The translations under genes and the position numbers were made by a program. The notes under the pieces are model-generated. The model had not been told where the DNA came from, did no database searches, and worked only from the letters and a program-made list of their open reading frames with translations. Below, piece by piece: positions 15,001 to 24,000 of a DNA stretch of 64,000 nt. Origin of the DNA: a bacterium (GTDB taxonomy: Bacteria > Auribacterota > Auribacteria > Auribacterales > Auribacteraceae). The stretch is from the NCBI GenBank assembly GCA_018435605.1, contig JAHDNF010000002.1, positions 324,538 to 388,537 on the forward strand. The letters run 5' to 3'. Every line of letters starts with the position of its first letter. The stretch's first letter is position 1.

Positions 15001-18000
15001 ACCTTCTGAAGCGATTCAAGACGTTCTCCGACAGAAAGAAGGGTATCGCGAATGGCAGTGCGCTGACGCAAAGTGGTATTGCTGTCGTTGCTGAAAATAA
15101 GTCCGGAATCCACTGTACCACGGGCAAAAATAAATCCTTTGAATATCTTTACGTCTTTTTGTGTCTGGGTATCATTGAGTTTTTCCCATTTTTCCATATC
15201 GGCGAAAGGAGCGTAATTTTCGTCTTTGGATAGTTTAGCAGTCAGACTGCTCAATGCGCGGGTTATTTCTTTGCCGCGCTGTACCTTGTCAGGAAACCGC
15301 TCTGTAATAAAGTCGATATACTTCTGCTTGAACTCTTCAGTTATCCACAGGTAAGGCAACCTCAGGCCGGTTTTATCACTCCGATCTTCAATAATCCGGT
15401 AGACTTCCTGAGTCAACACGCTAAAATCCGATGTCACATGATCTTTTTCCATTTGACGGATTTTATCGACTACAGCATCTACCGTTTCAGGCGAAACAAG
15501 TTCGAGAATCAAAAGAATCATAGGCAACTGATATCGAATTTTCGGATTATTCGGCGTGTAATACTTGAACAACTGATTTTTTACCCACATATGCTGTATA
15601 ACATCTATTCCGAAAAGTGTGTCGATATTTTTATAAAGAGTTTCACGCTCTGCTTCGGTAAGTGTAGTTTCCGATTCCAACCGAGCTACTATAGCCATCA
15701 GCGGGGCATAAACTGCATACGCTTCCGCGGAGTTAACATTCTGGTTAACAGGGCTATCGTACTGATCATCGAGGAAATGACCTAGTTCGTGTTTTTTATG
15801 CAACTGCTCCATCAATGCCGCAAGGTCTTTATCAGACACATCAGCGATGTGTTTTTCTATAACTGCTACGATTTCGTTGGTGGCACGATTTTTCTCCAAG
15901 GTTTTCTTGATACTGTCGATACTTCGTTCCAAAGATTCGCCGGTTTCCATATAAATAATATGAGCGCCGTTGGGATATCCGGGTATGGGGTACACCTCGC
16001 CGCGCAGTATATACTGAGCAGGCGCAATGGGCGCAAATGGATCTTTTACCCTGTCGCCTCGGAATATCAGTACGGTTTCTTTACGTCCTTCTATATCGAC
16101 CACATGTTCTTCCACAGCGTCATTGTAAAAATCGACAATACCTATTCCGTTAAATACGAATCCTGTATGGAAAAACAAATCGGCGTTGATGCGGGTACGA
16201 AAATTTTTGAGTAGTAAAGCGCCTTCAAGTCGGTCATCCAGATTCTCGCTGGAGGACAAAGTTTTAATCTGTTCCACATTTAGGGCATATTCACGTAAAT
16301 GTCCGGCGGCATTGGCAAACCCCCGTGACTCTATCAGACGTGCAAAGCGTTCCAACTGATCACGCATATCTTGAGTTACTTCTTCTGTAGTATTTATGGA
16401 ATTGATCAGTTTTGCCAGATCAAAAGCGAATTGCACCCGTTCTTCTGAAGAAAACACGTCGATTACCGGCAATTCTCCTTCCTGTTGCAGATGCAATCCT
16501 GAAGTATATTCGTTTAACACGCCCTGCAAATCCGATAATTGTCTTAGCGTGACGCCGGACTCTAAAAACACCGGTTCAGCGGTTTTCTTTCTTATTTGCG
16601 TGATAACGCTCTTATCTATAATTGCCCATTCCACAGTAGTGCCGAGAATGTTTTTACCTCTGACAATTCCATACCCCTGAGCGAGCAGTTCATTTATGCG
16701 CTGTTCGGATAAACGTTCGACCTCGCCGTTGCGCTCGGCCTCATATATTTTCACTTGCGGATTTATTACCACTTCGTAAATCGTCGGCGTACCTTCAGCC
16801 ATGTTGGCATATCGTTGAGCCTTGTCGAGATTTTCCTGTCCGAGTGTATAAAAACCGCCGTAATTTCTGCCTTTTTTACCCTGTTTGGTTTGACCTTCTC
16901 TGCCTAATACTTGCACATCAGTCATCTGCATGTTGGGGTTAGGCGAACCGTGAAGCAATACCAGTCCGTCCTGCCGTTGTTTTGCCGATTCCTCGCTTAC
17001 TATCTTGTTGATTTGTTGCTGGGCGATTTGAATGAAATCGAGACCGGCGACCGGATCGGCCTTCAATATGCCCGCAAGCAAGATATCAAATGAATATGCA
17101 TCGCTATAAACTGCCCGAGCCTTCTCATCCATATACGAAGGTATGTTTTTCTCGAACATCTGGTGCATAAACATAATCATTTCCAACGGCGTCTCAAGAC
17201 GGGAGGTTACCCCCATGTCGGCTATTGTTGCCGAGTAAGTTCCGTCTTCTTTTTGTGTGATAAAAAAGTTTTCCGGTTTGGAGTCAGACATATACCACTG
17301 AAAACCAACGTTTTGCGCCTGTTCGAACAATGTTTTTACGACCGACTGCACCACAGCGCGTATACGTTCTTTATAGGCCTGTTCGGATTCGCCTTCGCGC
17401 ATAAACAGTAACCCGCCGGATGCTTTGCCGTATTCCAGTTGCAATAACTGCGTACCTTCAAGCAGTTGTTCGGTATAGTAATGATATCCGCCGCGGCCTT
17501 GATCGTACAACGCCCCTACCGCAGGAACAACCCCTTCACTTCCGGTCACAGGCGAGGAAAGAATAATTTTCGCGACCTCTTCGTCAAACCGAGTATGAGG
17601 CATTTTTGGTTCTTTAAGAACAAAGGAATATGGTTTTTCGTGACTATCAATTGTAACGGTAATTTTATGTACATTCTTAAAATGACCGCTACCGACATAC
17701 CTGATGTCAATACCGGTTATATCCGCCGCGTTAATACCGGTCAAACCATGAAGAACGAAAAGCATTTCAAAGATAACATTCGTGTCTTGCAGAAACTTTT
17801 TCATCTCGCGTACTTTTGCAGGACCGTGATTTTCGCCCATATCGTAAAATGGGCCGTACTGGTCGGTATATTCGGCTCCTGAGGTAATCTTCCAATTCAT
17901 CTGAGCGGATTTATCTACAGTTCCGGCTACAAAAGCATCAAGCCTTTTAGTAAGGGATTCAAGATGAACTCGTGCTCGTTCGCGCAATACATCGTTTTCC

Positions 18001-21000
18001 GAATTGACAGCCCACCACAGCAGTTCCTTTCTGATTGCGCGAAAATCATCGGCGTCATTGAAACGAGCCTCTGCAAGCGCATCCATGAGCGATTGTGTAT
18101 TTTCTATGGAAATTCCGGTTAAAGGTTTATCTTTTAGAAGATCGAGAGTAGATACAAGCGATATAATTTGAATTTTGGCTAAGCCGAGTAGCTGTTCAAG
18201 CCGTTCTTGAGCGAGGGGCACAGCCGAAATTTTATCGATAAAAAGCTCCAACCTCTTGTCAACAGGAGCTTCCATATTGGCGATATGATGATATTCCTGC
18301 TCCAGCTGTATAGCTTCCTGCTGATTAGCACGCATGTACTCGCGAAGCGATTCAACCACTCTGGCACGGGTTAATCCCAAACCGCTTACAGGCACATCAG
18401 TCCATCGGGCGGTTGACGGCAATCCTGCCAACTCCATAGCTTTTTTCTGCCACAACATCATTTCGAGGGCTTCATGGCGCGCCATGTTTGCATCGTAGGC
18501 GTATTCGGCAATGTAAATTGCGTTACGGCGTAGTCCGGCATGGGCTTTCTGTGATCCGTACAGGCTGGCTAGCCCTTTAACCACGTATACTTCTATTGTC
18601 TGCCCGTGTACCAAAATATCGTCTTTGCGCTCGAGACGCTCATCAAATATTGCTTCACGGATGACGGCATTGACTGCGGCATGTGTCGCGGCGTCAGTGC
18701 CGATATCGGCGATATTTATATCGTTTAAGTATGCTTTAAGGGTTTCATAAACGGACACAAGGTCGGCAACAGTCCATTGCAAGGAACCTATGGATATCGC
18801 GGTTGCTGAATCAGGCCGTCCGCTGAGGAAATTAAGATATGTTTCGAGCGAACGGAAAGCATCCTGAATAAAGGCGACAGTTTGCGGTGAGGCTACTCCT
18901 AAAATAGCAGAGATAAGTTTATCGAAAGATACTGTACTGTCGAATGAATCCAACGATTCCTGATCGTGGGCGATTCGATTTCTAATTCCGTCCACAAGCA
19001 AAGCTTGTAAAACCAGTAACGCCTCGAACGGCTGTCCGAGCGTTTGAGGTAAAGAAAGCGTGTCTACGTATGCGCGGAAAGAATCGTCGTTAACGACTGA
19101 TTTAATTATATCAGCGTAATCGGCCTGTACAGAAGCAAGGTCAAACCGGTTGCGTTCCAGTTGGTCGATCAGGGTCATTGCCGCTCTAACAACGGTTTCT
19201 CCCATGCGTTTAGCATACGCAGTAGACGACTCAACAGCGGATTTTGTCAATAGTTGTACAGAGGCGGCCGCGGAACCAGACTGACCGGCAAGATATATGT
19301 CAATTCGCTCTAACGCGGTCTGAACCTGCCGGCGGCTCCATTGCCCGCTAGTTAATTCCGTTCCGATCAATATGGCGTCAGGGTTGGTATTGCCCTGTTC
19401 CAATACGTTTTTCAATTCACTGCGAACCGACTCTATAAACTGTAACGCGCCTTGCGGGTCGGCCTTCGCAATTCCGCTCAACAAAACGTCTACGGAATAT
19501 GTTTCATTGAAAATAGTGTTCATCTGTTCTGAAGAAGCTACCTGATGAGTCGCCAGTCTTCTAAAAAAAGTGTCCAGAAACAGCAGGATATCGGTTTTGC
19601 GCGTGAGCGTTCGCGACTGTCCGAAATCGACAATTGTCGCCTCGTATGAACCGTCCTGATTTCTATGCAAAAAGATATTATCCGGATTGGTGTCGTTATA
19701 GATATTTGAAAAACCGGAATTGGCGGCTTGTTTGTATATAGCTTGTGATACTGCGGATATCATATTTTCAAGTCTGCTACGGTATTGAGTAGCTGATTCT
19801 CCTTCCCGCATGAAAATCTCGCCTTCTTTTTCAAACGTATGGCGTGATGCAACTTTACTGCCGGGCACCAGCGATTCAGTATAATACCTGTCGCTGGCAT
19901 ACAAATCATCCGCCGGCGTGCTGACTCCGGGAGTTCCGGGAGGGTAGAGGTTTCCGAAAACAGGAACAACTCCGCCGGTTCCGTCAAGATTGGAAACCAG
20001 CATTATATCGCGAGCTTCCCGTTCGAACATCGCATAAGATTTTTTTGACTCGTTGAGGGCAAACCGGTACGGACTGTTGTGGCCTTTTATATTGATTGTA
20101 ATGCTGTGTACATATTTGAAATTGCCCGTACCGAGATAGCCGATTTCGATCGAGGTAATATCCGCCGGATTGATATCGGTCAATCCGTGAATGACAAACA
20201 ACATTTCTTTAACAACATCGCTCTGTTGCAGAAATCGTGATATTTCGCGAATTTTTTCGGGTCCGTGGTTTTGTCCCATATCGTAAAACGGGCCGTATTG
20301 ATCGTAGTATTCATTTGAGGCTTTTATTACCCAATTGGCACGCGCTTGAGCGTCTGACGGGTCGGATAAAGATTTCCTAAGGACATTTTGCAGGTCTGCC
20401 ATATATAGTTCTGCCTGCGAACGAACGGGAGAATCGTCTTTGGCGTACACGCTCCACCAAACCATTTCACGGCGGATAGCCCTGAATTCTTCAGCATTGG
20501 CATACTGCTGGTTGCGTAATTGCCCCAGCAGATCTAGTACCTGCCGAATACCCTGATCGTCAAGCCCGGTTTGCTTCATAAGATTAAGTTGATCGAGAAT
20601 TGAAGCGATCGCAGGACTAAGAGTAAAAGCCTGCCGGCCTTCTGCCGCCTGCTGTACCGACTGTACCCTGTTATCGTTTACAAGTTCACTTGTAGCGGTA
20701 ACCTGCCCTACAAGAAGCGCCTGTTCGTGAAACTCCTGCTCCATTTGCCGCGCCAGATCGGGATTGTCTTTGATCCATGCGCGAAGCTGGTTGGCAATAC
20801 TGCCGCGTTGACCACCGAATATACCGCCTGACAAGGAATTCCAATCCATGCCTGAAGACAGCCCGGCAATCACAAGCGCCTGCTGTTGCCACAATCTAAG
20901 TTCAACGGCCTCATGCATTACAAGCTGTTCGCTGTATGCCCCTTCGGCAATATAAATCGCATTATTGCGTATTCCGGCATGCGCTTTTTGGTCGCCGTAC

Positions 21001-24000
21001 AACACGTCAACGCCTTTGATTACGTATACAGATATTTGCTGTCCGTCTACGGTAACATCAGGTTTACGCTCGACTGCATTATTGCGGTATGCGTCTCGAA
21101 TTGCCGCGTTGACAGCCGCGTGGGAAGCGGCATTTACTCCGATATCCGCTATATTCACATCGTCAAAAGCTTTTTCCAGCTTCGACTTGAAATCGCGCAA
21201 CTGTCCCATGGATATTCCGGTTTCACCTATTAAAACTCCGAGGTCACTGTCAGGTTTGGCGCTATTTTGATCGAGAAAAACCGTCAAATCAGTCAACGCC
21301 TGGCGTACAAAATCTATGCCGTTGCGTGAAGCGTTAGATATGAGTAGCTGAAGGAATGCATCGAGGGTCACCTCATTTCCTGCAAGGTCAAACGAAGTTT
21401 TATCGCCCTGTATCATATTACTCAGCGCTGTTTGTATACTGATAAACGACAGAAGAATATCGAAAGCTCTACCGGTACGTACAGCACCGCCTATATCTTC
21501 TATCAAGGCTCTAAACGAATCGCGGCCTGATACCTCCAAAAAGACGTCTATTAAATTTAGCGACCCGATCATATATTGAAAATTGTTAGATTCGGCAAAT
21601 GAGAAAACGGCATTTACAAGCGCTGTTGTCATTGCCTGTACACGGCTAAGATACTGATCTTCGGTTTCTTCAGCGTCTTTGATAAACGGAGACCGTTGTA
21701 TAATTCCCACTTGAGGCACGACTTCTTGGGTTAATGCATGATATCCTTTGTCGAGAACGTATTTCTCGGCGTACATCTGAAAACCGCCGGTAAGCGCGGA
21801 ATCCATTGAATATGCGTTAACAAACTGGGCCACAGGTGATACCGCCGTAACGCCCGTTGCAAGGCGCATACGCGCCTGTTGCCCGATGCTCGTTTGAGGA
21901 TTTTCTACTCCTTTGATAACAAAACTGTATTCTTTACCTGCAACGACAGCCGTTACTTTATACGCCATCCGGCCTGTCGGCGCAAAAAGCTGTTCGACCG
22001 TAAAACCAGATACGGATTCTGGTTCGATATTTCTCAGTCCGTGTAATACGAACAATGCATCCGATAAAACGCTCGTTTTTTCGAGCATATTCCGTACAAT
22101 AGACTGCCGGTTAGCATCAATATTTCCTATGAATTCTATCTTGCCAGATACGTCCGGCATAGACAGCGAACCGGATGTCAGAGATTTATTCAACAAATCC
22201 ATCAGGCTGGTAGCCAAATTTGCCAATTCGGTGTTACGCGACGCCACAGCCCAATATGCCAATTCACTGCGTATCGCGATAAAATCAGAGGCTGTACGGT
22301 AATCTTGAGAAAGCAATGCATTGAGATGTCCTTTAAGCGCGTCAATCTCCGAGCCTGCGAGTTCTTTTCCTTTATATGAAGCCAAGACATTGAGCGCAGT
22401 TTGTATCTGTTCTGCGGAAGAAACCGTAGGTTGAGACTGCCGAGGTTGAGCAGGTGTATAGGCAGGCACTGCGTCCTGTCCTGCAACCATAATAATGCCG
22501 TTGAATTCTATTGTACCGTTTTGATGAATACGCGACACACTGCCGTCCGAGTGAACCGCAACCAATACCTGAGGGCTTTCGAACCGGACAGTAGCAATAT
22601 CGACCAGTCCTATGAGCTCTCGATCGAGTTGCTTGCTGAATACGGTGACACGAGTGCCGTCATGTTTATGTATGAAGAAAAAATCATTTTCCTCAACACG
22701 GTTACCGTCGCGCATATCAATTATGTCCTGCGTACGCGAAACGCTCGGCGCGGAAGGTTCGTTAAATTCGGTATATCCTGAAGCGGCGTCGAGTATTTGC
22801 TCTTTTTGAGCCTGTTCGCGCAACTGGCGTAACTGTTCGGCGACCTGTATTTGTTTTTCAAGCAGTTCCGGTGTTGCTTCGAGAAGCGATACTGCAAGAG
22901 TAGTTCCTTTTCCCAGTACATTGAACAAATCCAGCGAATACGCCTGCATATCAACGATAACCGGTTTGGTCAAATCTGCAGGCGGATTTAGGAAAAATGA
23001 AAACCAGAATTGCTGTGGCACTCCGTTTTCTATGGTTATAGTAGTTATCCCGTTGCGATCTATAAAATTGCGCACTGCCGCGGGCAATATGCTACGGTCT
23101 TGGGCAACCTGCCATTCATAACGCGACTGAGATGTTTGCTCATGCAACCGGGCGATCAAACGTGCCGGCGGAGCGATTTCAAACCGTTGGTTATCGGACA
23201 TAGTAACAAGTCCAAAAGTAATCATACGGTTGACCAACGACCCGGGATTCAAAGAAGCCAAATCGTTGACAGATATATTCAGTCCGGCCAGCCGGTCGAG
23301 TATTTGTTGTTCGGATGCGAGCAGTTGTGCTCGAGGTTGCTGTAACCGTTTAATAATCCCTGCAACGGTTGCCTCGTCAATGGAATCGAAATTGCCAAAC
23401 AGCGGCATAAGAGAAGCGATGACATTATCGGTTCTGGCTCGCAATGCAAACATCTTTGCCTGATAGGCCTCGCCATCGACTATATCGATCGGCTTGCCGT
23501 TGATTGTGGCTGTAAGAAGCGGATTTAGATCATCCATTTCTTCCTTGGCGATTTCAAAAAATACAAACGGGGTATCGCCGATCACAAGCGACACATCGAG
23601 ACCTCCGTCGGGAGACTGGGTAATATTGATTCTCGTAAGTTCGTCGAACGAGCCTTTCGCCCATCCTTTGAGAAAAAAATTGTTAACGATATCGGTGAAA
23701 CTTTTTATGGCTTCTTCCGACGAAACTATCTGTCCGTCCATTTTAGCGAATTTCCCGACAGCGTATGCCACCAGCAGGCTTTTCATCTCCACCTTAAAAC
23801 TTTCCGCGCCCTTCTGGTCGATCAAAGGAGGGTTGCCCAAGCGTGACGCTACGGCCAGTGTGCTGGTTTTTTCGAGGATGTTTTCAAGGCGCTTGGCAAA
23901 CGGCGATTTCTGGTTCATCATCATGGAAATATAGGCGCTCTTGTCATCGCTACTGTGAATTACCGGAGCGACAACGTAATAGGAAATACCCTGCGCTTTA

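Noticed and set aside
396-17882. Numerous 60-209-aa + strand ORFs across 1-25,400 (for example 396..848, 6082..6528, 9454..9696, 12688..12918, 13846..14475, 15789..16214, 17466..17882)
   Set aside because: All lie antisense to the giant minus-strand frame. Their sequences recur with the same 3.19-kb and 2.45-kb periodicity as the coding repeats. They are shadow ORFs of a long gene, not independent genes.
18179-23476. Short minus-strand ORFs (18179..18367, 19760..19987, 20686..20892, 22202..22486, 22721..22954, 23279..23476)
   Set aside because: They are in alternative frames overlapping the giant ORF. They are short, have no RBS, and look like odd, low-complexity peptides.
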